From a virus, in the IMG/VR virus record IMGVR_UViG_3300044858_001565, positions 1 to 64,000 of that record: DNA of 64,000 nt; one strand, given 5' to 3'. Below the pieces are notes generated by a model, which made no database searches, was not told where the DNA came from, and saw nothing but the letters and a program-made list of their open reading frames with translations. The first letter of the stretch is position 1. Each line of letters opens with the position of its first letter. This document shows positions 7,950 through 19,900 of the stretch, in pieces. Made by a program: the position numbers and the translations under genes.

Positions 7950-9691
7950 CCAGTCACCGTCCATCCTTTTGCAGTTGCTATGGAGCGATCACAGGCAGCA
8001 GCGCCCCAGTTGTTCGTTATATTTATGGTGCAAGTTCCCTGACTCGTCACCCCTCCAAGACCAGTGAATATTCTGTTCAGTTCTGTTGGAGACAACACGC
8101 ATCCGCTGCTTGCAGAGCCTGTAAAATTGAGGCTTTTTCTTACATTTTCCATTGTTGCTCTGCGTATGTCAGGACACGCGTTGAATGTGTTAAACAGAGG
8201 ACCAGTGAATGAAAGAGTGGACCCACTCAAGTTGTTTGGAAACTTGAATCCATCTGGCAGATGGGTGAGTGCTGTGCAATTGTTGAACATGGTATTAAAA
8301 GTAGCGGATGTGCTGGAAAAACTGTAGGCAGGCACACTAATGAGATTAAGGCAACCGTCGTACATGGAAGAAAAGGCTGTTCCAGAAAGAGTTATGCCTC
8401 CGGTTGGTGTCCTTACTCGCGGAGCGTATCTGAGGTTGGAGCAACTGGCGAACAGGTTTTGCAGGTTCACCGTGACAGCACAGGTTATGCCTTCCACTTC
8501 GGTGAGTGTGAAGCACGAATTGAACAGGTTTGTTCCTACAGTGCAGTTGGGTGCATTGATGTGACCAACCCTTTCAAGACTGTCACAGTTTTGGAATGTG
8601 CTGGAAAGTGTTGTGGCAGCGTTGAATTGCCACGGTGGAAACTCACGAATACACCTCTGCCGCAGAAAGCAAGAGGACCAGTCGGTAATGAGTGCGGTGT
8701 TCCACATGGGGAGATTGCTCAATATTCCGCCAGGAGCCACAGAAGGCATAGGTGTGTCGCCAATTCCCACAGATTCTGTAAATCCCTGTTGCATATTTGT
8801 GACTTTGCTTGTCACGATGGGAGGGGCTTTTACTAGTCCTTTTGCATCACCTGCCCAATACTGAAGAGTAAGGAGCGCAGGGGTCTTCAGCAGAGGGAGC
8901 GAGCGGATGTTGATTGCACCACTGATAAAGTGGCGGAAGTCTGTCTGTCGTTCAGTCCAGTTCGTTCCCGTGATCCGCTCCACACCAGTGCAAGCGTGGA
9001 GGAATCCTGGAACATTTCCGAATCCCGTGAGACTGGTCATGTGCCCGATCATGTTCACTCTTTGCAGGAGGAAATGGCGGGTGCTGTTGTTGCCCGTGAA
9101 AGACGATCCGCCTATGATTACGCTTGAGAGGTTTGGTCCAGACATTGCCACATCAAGCCATTGGGTGGTTGACTTGAAATCTATGGTTGCTACCCCTGCT
9201 TGGGAGAAAGCCCTGTTCAGATTCACGGTTGTAAGAGTCTGTCCAGTCTGTGGATACGCTTGAATCACCACCTGACGGTATCCATCAGGTGTGAGTGTGG
9301 AAGCAGGCACATCCACCCAGTTGTATTGCCGCTGTGCATCGGTATTGGAGGTGTGTGCGGTGGTGACACCGTTGGGGTTTGCTGGTGTGGTTATTCCCCA
9401 ATCAACAATGTAGTTTCCCGAACAACGGAAAGACACAAAGTTGGAGTCAGCGGTGGAACCTGTGTTGCCAGATGCACCTTGAAATATAGCCACAAGCCCC
9501 ACAAATCTCTGCGTTCCCTCTGCGGGAACAGGAAGCGGCAGCCAGTAGGAAGGACGATTCCAGTCCTGAACCTCTCGCTCCACCAGATGGCATTTGTTTG
9601 GAGTAATAACACCGTATCCGTCCGTGTATCGGAGTGGATACCGTGCGCCTCCAACATATCCATTGTTCATTCGGCTGTTTCGTCTTCTCAT
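7946..9691 (-). CDS. BspA/DUF285-like leucine-rich surface-repeat adhesin (divergent repeats)
   Basis: Same N- and C-terminal domains as 6297 and 43679. ATGA overlap with the fibre gene stop. Confidence 0.85.
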   Translation of the reverse strand: MRRRNSRMNNGYVGGARYPLRYTDGYGVITPNKCHLVEREVQDWNRPSYWLPLPVPAEGTQRFVGLVAIFQGASGNTGSTADSNFVSFRCSGNYIVDWGITTPANPNGVTTAHTSNTDAQRQYNWVDVPASTLTPDGYRQVVIQAYPQTGQTLTTVNLNRAFSQAGVATIDFKSTTQWLDVAMSGPNLSSVIIGGSSFTGNNSTRHFLLQRVNMIGHMTSLTGFGNVPGFLHACTGVERITGTNWTERQTDFRHFISGAINIRSLPLLKTPALLTLQYWAGDAKGLVKAPPIVTSKVTNMQQGFTESVGIGDTPMPSVAPGGILSNLPMWNTALITDWSSCFLRQRCIREFPPWQFNAATTLSSTFQNCDSLERVGHINAPNCTVGTNLFNSCFTLTEVEGITCAVTVNLQNLFASCSNLRYAPRVRTPTGGITLSGTAFSSMYDGCLNLISVPAYSFSSTSATFNTMFNNCTALTHLPDGFKFPNNLSGSTLSFTGPLFNTFNACPDIRRATMENVRKSLNFTGSASSGCVLSPTELNRIFTGLGGVTSQGTCTINITNNWGAAACDRSIATAKGWTVTG

Positions 9692-11631
9692 ATAAACCAA
9701 TGCCTCGCCACGCTTGTGCCTGTAACCGCACCAGTCAATCCATTAAAACTTGTCACTCCATCTCCTCCTCCACCTCCTCCCGATGCTGCAATGGTGATGC
9801 CGCCAGCAACAGAAGAAGTAATAGTCACATTGGAACCTGCATTAAGAGTGATTCCACCAGAAATACCATTGAGAACTGTCACTACCCCGTTGGTGAGTGC
9901 CACCGTTCCAGTTTGGTTGGGAAAGATAATTGTTTTGTTGCTCGTTGCGGTATTTGGTGCGGATAGCGTAGTGGTGAATGCGTTGTTTGCATTTCCAAAA
10001 ATTATGTCTGATGGCTCTGTTATCTCTGAGTCGGATCGTGTTCCTAGATACAGATTTCCACCAGATATTTGAACCTGACCGGTTCCACTATCCGAGTTTT
10101 GTATCACTACTTTAGGAACAGTTCCACCAACTCCAATTCCGACTTGCTGTGGTTCAAAGATTAATTGACCGTATGGGTTGAACCACAGGGTTCTTGCAGT
10201 GGTTGATGTTCCAGAAAGAACCGTGAGTGTGGCACCAGGACTGACAATGGTGCTGACAGCCAAAGATGAATTGAAAGTGGCACCGCTGCCCACATAGAGG
10301 AATCCTGCATTGGTTATTCCTGCACTTGAGGAGTTTACGGTAAGAGTCTGTGAAGATTGCAATCCAGCAACACTCATGCAGATTCCACCAGCAAAAGATT
10401 GGGTGGCAGTGAATGTATTTGTTACCGCAGCACACACGCCACCAACAGCACCAGTCAATCCATTGAAAGACTGAACGCCGATGTTGGTGATTGTGACCGT
10501 ACCAGTGTTTGCGTTTACGCTGATACCTGTGCCAGCAACGGCTCGGGTGACACCAGCATTGGTGATTGTGACTGAACCGGTGGCACCCGACACGGAAATT
10601 CCGTCACCTGCCACCGCAGCGGAGACACCTTGCACCGAACCAGTCCTACCATTGAACGAGGTGACCGTATCTGCAACAATTTCGTTTTGGACAAATGCGG
10701 TAGTGGCAATCTGTGTGGTATTGGTACCAACGGCAGCAGTTGTTGATGCGGGAGTTCCTGTGAAGGTCGGAGATGCCAACAATGCATAACTTGCTGCTGC
10801 TACTCCCCCAAGTTGGGTAGAGTTGGTTGCTGTTGTGGCGGTGGTTGCGTTTCCGCTCAGAGGACCGCTGAAACCTGTTGCAGATGACTGTAGACCTGTG
10901 AATGTGTTGGCACCAAGTGATGCACCCGTCACCGCACCTGTTGCGCCGTTGAATGAATGAACTCCGGTGTTCTGCACAACAACTGCGCCAGTGGTGGGAG
11001 AAACAGATATCCCATTTCCTGAACCAGACACAGAAGAAACTGCTCCGCCTCCGCCACCACCAACAAGATTCGTGCCTACACTTGCACTGACACCAGACAG
11101 ATCAATGTAAACACCGCGATTGGTTCCACCACTTTCAAAGATACGCAATCTGTTTTGGTAAACATCAATTGCTACACCACCAGTCAAACTGGTGTTTGTG
11201 GCAGGCAAACCAAAATCTATTTGACCACCCTCGTCACCACCAACCGTCAGCATTCGGAGGTTTTGGGCATTCAATTGAACAGAGAAAGTTCCGCCGTTTG
11301 CGCTTACGCCAGAATTGAATGATTGTAGTGCGGTGAATGTGTTGGCTTGAGCGGCACAAACACCACCAACGGCACCGGTCAAACCATTGAAAGATGCCAC
11401 AAAGTTTCGCCGTGCATATTCGTATACCGCGTTCTGTGTGGGAACTCGGTTTTGTGAAGCAGCAGAACCTGCACCCATGTCCACGCCACCGGTTATTTCT
11501 CCGCCCATCCATCGCACCGCTGCGGTGTTTCCAATAAAGAGTCTGCTGGTAGCGGTATCAAAAGCAGGCTCACCAACGGTCAGACCGGTGGGAGTTGTGG
11601 TTCCTCTTTTGAATTGTATCTGTGTTGGCAA
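9688..11631 (-). CDS. tail fibre protein (Mtd_N-like anchor; ends RHWFI)
   Basis: N-terminus MPTQIQFKRGT..P.GL..GEPAF, a SPTFTGTP fibre repeat and SFNG.TG repeats. Late promoter CTAAATA at 11651-11657. Confidence 0.85.
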   Translation of the reverse strand: MPTQIQFKRGTTTPTGLTVGEPAFDTATSRLFIGNTAAVRWMGGEITGGVDMGAGSAASQNRVPTQNAVYEYARRNFVASFNGLTGAVGGVCAAQANTFTALQSFNSGVSANGGTFSVQLNAQNLRMLTVGGDEGGQIDFGLPATNTSLTGGVAIDVYQNRLRIFESGGTNRGVYIDLSGVSASVGTNLVGGGGGGAVSSVSGSGNGISVSPTTGAVVVQNTGVHSFNGATGAVTGASLGANTFTGLQSSATGFSGPLSGNATTATTATNSTQLGGVAAASYALLASPTFTGTPASTTAAVGTNTTQIATTAFVQNEIVADTVTSFNGRTGSVQGVSAAVAGDGISVSGATGSVTITNAGVTRAVAGTGISVNANTGTVTITNIGVQSFNGLTGAVGGVCAAVTNTFTATQSFAGGICMSVAGLQSSQTLTVNSSSAGITNAGFLYVGSGATFNSSLAVSTIVSPGATLTVLSGTSTTARTLWFNPYGQLIFEPQQVGIGVGGTVPKVVIQNSDSGTGQVQISGGNLYLGTRSDSEITEPSDIIFGNANNAFTTTLSAPNTATSNKTIIFPNQTGTVALTNGVVTVLNGISGGITLNAGSNVTITSSVAGGITIAASGGGGGGDGVTSFNGLTGAVTGTSVARHWFI

Positions 11632-11653
11632 CGGCGGCTCTCCTGACTAGTAT

Positions 11654-11881
11654 TTAGTAGGTGGAGCCATCAAGTACGGGTGCGTCTTTTTTCCGCTTCT
11701 TGCCCTCGGCGGCTTCCAATTTTGCAATTCGTGCGGCTAGTTCGTTTGCTTGCTTCAGGAGGGCTTCCTTTTCCTGTTCAAGCAGGATGGTCTTTGCTTC
11801 AAGCATGATGTTCTGCGACAGCAGTTCGGCAACGCGCTTATTCAGCAGGGGGATAAGAATGGTTTCATTTGGATTACTCAT
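11654..11881 (-). CDS. small coiled-coil fibre-associated protein (ends LDGSTY)
   Basis: Heptad-rich; paralog of 1917 and 22286. Confidence 0.8.
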   Translation of the reverse strand: MSNPNETILIPLLNKRVAELLSQNIMLEAKTILLEQEKEALLKQANELAARIAKLEAAEGKKRKKDAPVLDGSTY

Positions 11882-11911
11882 GGATATAGTCCTTTCACTA
11901 TTGGATCAAAA

Positions 11912-13336
11912 TCAAGTATACGAACCACCGTCTATGGCAGTAATGGTGACTGCTCCGCTAGTCACGGTGAAGTTAAACGAATCAAAACTGGCTAGACCCT
12001 TCACGGATGATGTGGCATTCTGTATTCTGTATTTACCGCTTGAGATTGTTGATACGCCGTTACCGCTAGCATCGGCAATCAGGAGTTCTCCCCATGCAAA
12101 AAGTCCTGCGCCATCTGCTTGAATCAAGTGTCCTTGTGTATTGCTTACTGCAAGTTTGGATAGAGCCGATCCTGCGGCAGCAGCATACAGTATGTCGCCC
12201 TTTGCATACGAACTGAATCCCGTGCCTCCATATGTTGCGCCAACCACGGTTCCTTGCCACACACCTGTAGAAATGGTTCCAACCTTTGTGAGGTTGGAGT
12301 TTACAATATTTGTCCCAAGGCTTGCACCATCAATGACTACCGTTCCATTGATGTAGTAGGCAGGATTTACGGACTTGGTAAGGTTTATGTCTTGGTTGAA
12401 GTTCCATGCAGCAGCAAGAGTGGTGCCTGATGTGGTGTTTGACCAAACAATGGTCTTGTCTGTTGCGCCCTTCAGGGAGATTCCACCGCCATCAGCCGTG
12501 GTGTCTGTGGGAGAGGTGACGCTTCCCAACTCAATGTTCTTGTCATCAACCGAGATGGTTGTGGAGTTTATGGTGGTTGTGGTGCCGTTGACCACAAAGT
12601 TTCCTGCCACCGTGAGGGTGGCACCCACATACAGATTGGAGTCAAATGTAGAACCGCCGTATGCCTGAATGCTGGTAGTGTTCAGGCTGCTGCTTGTGAT
12701 TCCCTGTGTGGCTGTGAGTAGACGGGAGAACGATGCGGTGGCTCCGTTGAGGGTGCCGGATACAGTGACTCCTGCGGCAAATCGTGCAACTCCACCAACA
12801 TCAAGCGTTGACTCTAGAGTGGTTCCACCAACGACATCAAGAATTCCACCAATATCAACTCTTCCTCCAAGCGTTGCTCCACCGTTTACCTGTAGTGTTC
12901 CACCGAAGGTAGAGCCGATGGACGAATACAGATAAGATGTGGTGATTCCTTGGCTTGCAGTCAACAGTCTGCTAAATGTGGCAGTCGCTCCGTCTACGGT
13001 GCCAGAGAATGTTACTCCGCCGCTGAATGTGTTTGTGCCTGTGAATGTGTTGTTGAGCGGCAGGATGTTTGTTCCTGTGCCCATCTGAAATTCTGTTGTC
13101 CATCCGCTGTTCGCTGTGGTGCCAATCAAGGCATAGTATGCAGACACTCCGCTCACATACACCATCATGCCGCGAGTACGGCGACGGTCAAAGATGTTGT
13201 TCAGATCAGCAGTGGTTCCAACGGTTCGCAGACCACCAAGCCCGTGGGCGGTGTCAAACAGGGGAAAAGTCTGTGTGTCCGTGAAAGGACTTATCTGACT
13301 GTTGATTCTTACATTTGTGCTTGGAAAGTCTGCCAT
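11912..13336 (-). CDS. tail fibre-like structural protein (ends IDGGSYT)
   Basis: The GNFVVNGTTTTINSTTISVDDKNIELG motif is typical of T4-like aquatic phage fibres. Paralog of 22525. Confidence 0.85.
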   Translation of the reverse strand: MADFPSTNVRINSQISPFTDTQTFPLFDTAHGLGGLRTVGTTADLNNIFDRRRTRGMMVYVSGVSAYYALIGTTANSGWTTEFQMGTGTNILPLNNTFTGTNTFSGGVTFSGTVDGATATFSRLLTASQGITTSYLYSSIGSTFGGTLQVNGGATLGGRVDIGGILDVVGGTTLESTLDVGGVARFAAGVTVSGTLNGATASFSRLLTATQGITSSSLNTTSIQAYGGSTFDSNLYVGATLTVAGNFVVNGTTTTINSTTISVDDKNIELGSVTSPTDTTADGGGISLKGATDKTIVWSNTTSGTTLAAAWNFNQDINLTKSVNPAYYINGTVVIDGASLGTNIVNSNLTKVGTISTGVWQGTVVGATYGGTGFSSYAKGDILYAAAAGSALSKLAVSNTQGHLIQADGAGLFAWGELLIADASGNGVSTISSGKYRIQNATSSVKGLASFDSFNFTVTSGAVTITAIDGGSYT

Positions 13337-13351
13337 GTTAGTTTTTCCCTA

Positions 13352-14704
13352 TCATTCAGAATAGATGGAAATTGATGTAATGTCTGTTGGTTCTGCTGAA
13401 CGATACACTTTGTAATTTGCGGCAAATCCTGAAGCATTTGTTACTGAAAGGGTTGCTCCCAGAGGAGCGCCACCGTTTCCTGTCATTCCAAAACCAAATC
13501 CATCCTTTGATTCTTTCCAAGACGATATTGTGTTGTAGTAATCATGCACAAGAATGTACAAATACTGAAGTCCTCCTCCGCTTGCTTGGCTCGGAGTAAA
13601 TGTCAGAGTTGTTCCGCTTGTGTTTGCAAACGAAAGAGCAGCATTGGTGCTTGTAATCATTCTGGCACTTTGACCCATTCCAGTGCTCACCAACTGTGAT
13701 CTGTTTGTGATTGATGTTCCACTGGTGTATCCGAAATATATGTTTGAATACCAGTTTGTTGTTCCAAAACTGTAGGTTGCAGTTGCACCAGTGCTAATAT
13801 TTGATGGAATTGAAGAACCACCCGCTGCCTGATACGCAGTCCACTGGCTAGCCCTGGCGGTTACAGAGAAAGAACTGCCGATTGTGTAGCCGCGAATTTC
13901 TGGCAAAGATCCCACTCTGTTGCTTGTTGGACCGAATGAAGTGGCTCCCATCACGGTGCCAGACGCTATTCCGCCTCCACCCGTGTAGACCACAGACATT
14001 CCGAGCGAGTCAATATTGCTAGAATTTGACACATTCCAAGAGAAAGTATACAGTCCCAAATCAGCAGCAGTCTCTCCTAGTTCTAGGTTTCTTGTGTCGT
14101 ATTGGGGAGCAATGGTCGCTGATATAAAAGACACATTCTGATAGGAAAACAAGAGGCTTTCAAGAATATCAAACACGGTTTTGCCTGCCAGATTTGTTCC
14201 GTTTGCGATTCCGCCAACCGATCCTGCGTTTGTTGGGGTTGCCGATCCCCATGTGGCACCCGAAACCAAAAGAGCGCCGGTAGAACCACCGAAAATGGCA
14301 ACCACAGATTTCTTCCAGTCTCCACTCAACCCGAGAGTGCGAACACCGTTGTTTGTGACAGTGATGCTGCCTGACGCAGACGAAACCCCAATATTTGAAC
14401 CACCTAGAAGATTCAGTGTTCCTGTCAGGGAGTTCAGGCTAGCCACACCAGAGGTGTTTGTAGCCACATAATCCGTAACATAGTTCTTTACCGCTGCAAG
14501 ACTGGGAATCTGTAGTGTAAGCCCTGCCGCAATGTCTGAAGACAGACCGCTGATACGGGCACCAATCCACGCTGCCGTTACTCCTGCGCCCCGACCGATG
14601 TGAAGCGTCTGATCGGTAGTGTTGAACGCTGGCTCGCCAAGCGTGAGTCCCGAAGCCGCTGTTGGAGCCGCCGTTCCACGGCGTATAATGATTGTTGTTG
14701 GCAT
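13352..14704 (-). CDS. structural/fibre protein with Mtd_N-like N-terminus
   Basis: MPTTIIIRRGT...LTLGEPAF; positional paralog of 24572. Late promoter CATAAATA at 14748-14755. Confidence 0.8.
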   Translation of the reverse strand: MPTTIIIRRGTAAPTAASGLTLGEPAFNTTDQTLHIGRGAGVTAAWIGARISGLSSDIAAGLTLQIPSLAAVKNYVTDYVATNTSGVASLNSLTGTLNLLGGSNIGVSSASGSITVTNNGVRTLGLSGDWKKSVVAIFGGSTGALLVSGATWGSATPTNAGSVGGIANGTNLAGKTVFDILESLLFSYQNVSFISATIAPQYDTRNLELGETAADLGLYTFSWNVSNSSNIDSLGMSVVYTGGGGIASGTVMGATSFGPTSNRVGSLPEIRGYTIGSSFSVTARASQWTAYQAAGGSSIPSNISTGATATYSFGTTNWYSNIYFGYTSGTSITNRSQLVSTGMGQSARMITSTNAALSFANTSGTTLTFTPSQASGGGLQYLYILVHDYYNTISSWKESKDGFGFGMTGNGGAPLGATLSVTNASGFAANYKVYRSAEPTDITSISIYSE

Positions 14705-14779
14705 GAGTGCTTCCTGTATTCAAATATTAGCAGTCTATTCCCTTTATTATTTATGCGCCGCGCAACAGTCCGTCTATGG

Positions 14780-15103
14780 TCAGGTAATTTCTAAAACAGA
14801 AACAAAGGCATGGATGTATCCTGTTGCTCCGGCGGTGCAGCGCAGAGTGTTGCCTGTTTCCAACACAATAGGCGCGTCAAGTGCTTGCAGGGTGGACGAA
14901 AACGGCACTGCTGCTCCAGTGATGAGTGAGTATCCTGTAGAGCCTTTCACGGCTTCCAGTGTGGCAGTGGTGTTGTTGACACCGTTCACATTGCTCAACA
15001 TGACACCGTTCACGATGGTGGTTGTTGACGCTGGCGTGGTGTAGATGGTGGTTGCAGCAGTGGTGCCGAGAATGGTTCCGAAACTCTTGTAGGTGTCTGG
15101 CAT
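14780..15103 (-). CDS. conserved ~107-aa fibre-cassette terminal protein (paralog 2 of 3)
   Basis: Clear similarity to 5685 and 43143; AAGGAG RBS. Confidence 0.85.
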   Translation of the reverse strand: MPDTYKSFGTILGTTAATTIYTTPASTTTIVNGVMLSNVNGVNNTTATLEAVKGSTGYSLITGAAVPFSSTLQALDAPIVLETGNTLRCTAGATGYIHAFVSVLEIT

Positions 15104-15116
15104 GATGTCTCCTTAG

Positions 15117-15470
15117 TTAAGCAAATCTTCTCACTGGATGCGATGGCGGTGGTATAAGAGGGAGGTACTGTTTTTGTGCTTCGTACAATTCAGTGGTGGT
15201 TCGTAAATTGGTGTGCCATCGAGAATCCTTCACTCCACCACTTGCATCGAAAATGTTCCCACTATTTTTAAGTATTTCTGGTTCTGGCGGCGGCTCTATA
15301 CTTATATGCGGACCCATGTGGTCTACAGCCACCCCCGTGTTTTCCACAAAACAGGTTACGCCTTGAACTTGAACATAATGCCCAAGTCCTGCACCCACAA
15401 GACGAGACTCCATCTCTTCTTTGGTATCAGTTCTCAAATAATAATCGTAGTAATTATACAAGTTATACAC
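15117..15470 (-). CDS. small partner protein of the lectin-like adhesin (putative chaperone)
   Basis: YYLR...WHTNLR...PPSHPVRRFA pattern. It occupies the same cassette slot as 6012 and 43456. Confidence 0.65.
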   Translation of the reverse strand: MYNLYNYYDYYLRTDTKEEMESRLVGAGLGHYVQVQGVTCFVENTGVAVDHMGPHISIEPPPEPEILKNSGNIFDASGGVKDSRWHTNLRTTTELYEAQKQYLPLIPPPSHPVRRFA

Positions 15471-16980
15471 GGGTAATGTCTCTCATTTCCTGTGCTGTGA
15501 GTTCCCGAGGATAGAATCGAACTTTACGAATAATTCCATCGTAAAAATTAGAGTATCCACTTGTGAGTCCCGTGCTGCGAGAGCCAATGGTGATCCATTG
15601 TGCTGCGTCTATGTTGAAATCACTTGTGGCAATTCCTGATGCGGTTCCTCCGTTCAGGACTATTTGAACACTTGAACTTGCACCGCTTACTCCTCTTACT
15701 GAGAACGCAACACGATTTAGTCCAGTGACTCCACCAGGCGCAGTGGTGGAGCCTCCAGTCCACCGAAGTGCCACTGTTGTTCCACTTGGAACATGATCCA
15801 CGCAGATAAATCGTCCATTTACATTGTCCGTGGCAATAATGGTATTTTGCGTAATGTTTGTTCCGCTTGCTAACCCGTCCCTGCGATAGTATTCCACAAA
15901 GAAAGTACCAGGAAACTGCAACCAAGAGGTCACGCCAGAAATGTACACCTGATCGGCTTTTCGTGTTGAAACTGCGCCAGAAGGATTTATAACATATCCT
16001 GGAGGTTGATAAATTTCACCAATCGGATCGTAGTTTCCTGTCCGTATGTAAGATGTTGGATAGTACGCACCTAGTTCACTTTGGAATCCCCACAACAGCA
16101 TTCCTGTCTGACCAGGTGTGCTTGCCGTGTATCCGTTGTAAACGGGACCATACGGATTGGGAGTTTCGTTGTTTGAAGGATAGGCACCAATATTTGGTGT
16201 TATGATGCCTATTCTTGAAAACGAACACCGCCACCACCCATTCCCGTAATTTTCTATCCACGCAGAACATACACCCGCTTGTGATATAATAGTTCCGCTT
16301 ATTATGTTGTATCGGACATTAAAGGCATTGTTTCCAGCATCACCGATTTGCAGACGGGTGGGTGCGGTGCCGCCTTCCACCGTGACCCCGTAGACTTTTG
16401 CAAATATAGACATAACTCCGTGAGTGGCACCTGATTTTGTAATATATGGGTTACCGTGATAGCACATTTTCTGTCCAGCAGAACCCGGTACATATAAATC
16501 AGCAGTAGGAAATCCATCGGGAGCGCAGGCTCCCGCAAAATCAATGATGGACCATCCTCCGGTTGCACTTTGGGTGGCAGTCCACCCGCGTGTCCATTCA
16601 GGATTGAAGAAAATCCACGGTCCTCCGTAGATGTGGAATGTCTCGCTGTTACCGTTGCCCCAGTTTGAAGTTGTATGATTGGTGCTTTGGCGTTCCACCA
16701 AAAGACCAAGAGTCACGCCAGAGGTACGCCCGTATTCAATACGAAGAGCACCTGAGTTTGATCGTAGAGTCCCTGTGCTGTCCGTATATGAACCCAATGA
16801 CATACGATCAATATTTACTTTGCTATAGTATGATCCCGTGGTGAAATCGTATTCCACGAACCGTCCTTGGTTCATTGCGTCAAGGTATTCTGCACGGGGG
16901 CGGAATATACCATCGTTGCCAACACGCTTGTCTACGCCGATGAATCCACGATTGAGAGAATTGTTCCTGTTTACTGCCAT
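15463..16980 (-). CDS. receptor-binding protein with LamG/ConA-like (spike-fibre type) domain
   Basis: Motifs GLLVERQSTN, GNGWWRCS, LWGFQSELG..PTSYI.T and G.IRKVRFYPRELT. Its N-terminal NRGFIG resembles the NNGYVG of the LRR adhesins. Confidence 0.7.
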   Translation of the reverse strand: MAVNRNNSLNRGFIGVDKRVGNDGIFRPRAEYLDAMNQGRFVEYDFTTGSYYSKVNIDRMSLGSYTDSTGTLRSNSGALRIEYGRTSGVTLGLLVERQSTNHTTSNWGNGNSETFHIYGGPWIFFNPEWTRGWTATQSATGGWSIIDFAGACAPDGFPTADLYVPGSAGQKMCYHGNPYITKSGATHGVMSIFAKVYGVTVEGGTAPTRLQIGDAGNNAFNVRYNIISGTIISQAGVCSAWIENYGNGWWRCSFSRIGIITPNIGAYPSNNETPNPYGPVYNGYTASTPGQTGMLLWGFQSELGAYYPTSYIRTGNYDPIGEIYQPPGYVINPSGAVSTRKADQVYISGVTSWLQFPGTFFVEYYRRDGLASGTNITQNTIIATDNVNGRFICVDHVPSGTTVALRWTGGSTTAPGGVTGLNRVAFSVRGVSGASSSVQIVLNGGTASGIATSDFNIDAAQWITIGSRSTGLTSGYSNFYDGIIRKVRFYPRELTAQEMRDITRV

Positions 16981-16987
16981 AGTGTCC

Positions 16988-19900
16988 TCACATGAACCAG
17001 CCTCTGGCGTTGCTCTTGGTTTCCAGAGCGACGGTTCCGCTTTCGTTTGGAAGGGTTATGGTCTTGTCGCTCCCTGATGGATTAGCCGTTAGTGTGGTGT
17101 AACGAATCGGAAAAGAGGTTCCAGTGAATTCCAAAGCGACTGGTGTGTAATCTTCTCCATTAGCAGATTTTGTCCCGAGAACCAGATCAGAGCCATTGAC
17201 AGTGACTGAACCGTCAGCATTTCCAGTTCCAGCATTCAAAAGCAACTCTGCATAGGTGCCTAGTCCAATTCCTCCACTAGGATTAGACGAATACAGACCA
17301 ATGTTTCCAGAAGCATAAACATTTAAAGGGCAATTTCCAGCAAAACCAGAGGTTGTTCCTGTGTATACATTAAAAATAGAGTTGTTCAACAGATTCAGCG
17401 GTCCCCCGCGAACGGTGAGTGGAGCGCCGCTTGCAGAGCCAAGCGTGGTTCCGCGATCCACGATCAAGCCTCCAGCATTGTCTATGTTGGATGATACTCT
17501 GGTCTGCCGCAATCCGTATTCAAAAACCACTCCTTGTGGTGCGCCAAATGTGGTTCCTCCTCCGTTTACATACAGTCCACCACTATTGATGGTCTGCAAG
17601 CCATTGAATGTGTTCGCACCAAGCGATGCACCCGTGACCGCACCAGTGGCTCCGTTGAATGACAGGACACCACTATTCGTGATTGTAACCGTACCAGTAT
17701 TTGCATTTACGCTGATGCCAGTTCCCGCAACCGCTCGGGTGACACCAGCATTGGTGATGGTAACGGAACCAGTGGCACCTGAAACAGTTATGCCGTCACC
17801 GGCAACAGCAGCAGAGACACCTTGAACTGAACCAGTGCGCCCGTTGAAAGCAGTGACTGTATCAGCAACTATTTCATTCTGAACGAAAGCAGTAGTAGCA
17901 ATCTGTGTTGTATTGGTTCCAACAGCAGCAGTGGTTGATGCAGGAGTTCCGGTGAAGGTTGGAGATGCTAGCAGTGCATAACTGGCAGCAGCAACACCAC
18001 CCAATTGAGAAGCATTGGTTGCACTTGTGGCATTTCCAGTCAATGGACCGCTAAAGCCCGTAGCCGATGTCTGTAGACCTGTGAAGGTGTTTGCTGATCC
18101 TAGTTGTGCCCACCCACTGGCAGCGGTATTTCCTAGAGCAGACGAATTGGAAGCAGTTCCCGTCAACGAAGCAGTAATAGTACCAGCAGAGAAGTTTCCG
18201 CTGGCATCACGGAATACTATTGTGGAAGCAGTGTTTGCATTGGTTGCGTTTGATGTAACAGTGAATGTAGCGGCACTGGATTGATTGGCAGTAAATGTCT
18301 GAGTACCAGAAATTCCGTTGCCGCTGGTGTTCATCGTCAGGGTTCCATTGTTCACCGTTGGAACAGTCGCATTTATTGTGACTGCACCCGTTCCGCCTGT
18401 GGGGGAGATGGTGACATTGGAACCAGCGACGATTGAACCCACACCTGATATAGCACCAGTGCTGCCGTTGAATGACTGCACACCATTATTTGTTACTGTT
18501 ACAGCACCTGTGCTTGCATTGACTCCAATACCAGTTCCTGCTGCAAGACTGGTGACACCGCTATTGGTTATGGTAACCGTACCAGTGTTTGCGTTTACAC
18601 TGATGCCAGTGCCAGCAACCGCTCGGGTGACACCAGCATTGGTGATGGTTACAGAACCAGTGGCACCTGATACGGTTATGCCGTCACCAGCAACGGCAGC
18701 AGAAACACCCTGTACCGCACCCGTGCGACCGTTGAATGAGGTTACGGTGTCGGCAATAATCTCGTTCTGAACAAATGCGGTGGTAGCAATCTGTGTGGTA
18801 TTGGTGCCAACGGCGGCAGTGGTTGATGCAGGAGTCCCCGTAAAGGTTGGGGATGCTAGCAATGCATAGTTGGCAGCAGCAACACCACCCAATTGGGTGG
18901 AATTGGTTGCGGTGGTGGCAGTGGTTGCGTTTCCAGTCAACGGACCACTAAAACCTGTAGCCGATGTCTGTAGACCAGTGAATGTATTTGCTGCCGCGAG
19001 TTGTGCCCATCCACTAGCAGCAGTATTTCCCAAAGCAGACGCATTTGATGCGGTTCCAGTCAGTGCAGCAGTAATAGTTCCTGCGGAGAAGTTGCCACTG
19101 GCATTGCGGAACACAATGGTGGAAGCGGTGTTTGCATCAGTGGCATTGGATGCCACTGTGAATGTAGCGGCACTGGATTGATTTGCGGTGAATGTTTGAG
19201 TACCAGAAATCCCGTTGCCACTGGTGTTCATCGTCAGGGTTCCATTGTTCACCGTTGGAACCGTTGCGTTGATGGTAACAGCACCCGTGCCACCTGTGGG
19301 TGAGATGGTGACATTTGAACCAGCGACGATTGAGCCTACGCCAGTGATTGCACCAGTGCTGCCGTTGAAAGACTGAACTCCATTGTTGGTGACAGTAACA
19401 GCACCAGTGCTTGCATTTACGCCGACGCCGGTTCCTGCTGCAAGACTAGTGACACCGCTATTGGTTATGGTAACCGTACCAGTATTTGCGTTTACACTGA
19501 TGCCCGTGCCAGCAACGGCTCGGGTGACACCAGCATTGGTGATGGTTACAGAACCAGTGGCACCTGATACGGTTATGCCGTCACCTGCCACTGCTGCCGA
19601 TACACCTTGTACCGAACCAGTGCGTCCATTGAACGCGGTTACGGTGTCGGCAACAATCTCGTTCTGAACGAAAGCAGTGGTGGCAATCTGTGTGGTGTTG
19701 GTTCCAACAGCAGCGGTGGTTGATGCAGGAGTTCCCGTAAAGGTTGGTGATGCAAGGAGTGCCCAAGAAGCGGCGGCTGTTCCACCCAATTGGGTGGAAT
19801 TGGTTGCGGTGGCTGCGTTACCTGTGATGCTGATGCCCCAAGTGCCGCTAGCGCCTCCGCCAGTGGTTCCTGCCTTGTTCGCAAGAGAATTGGTTATGGT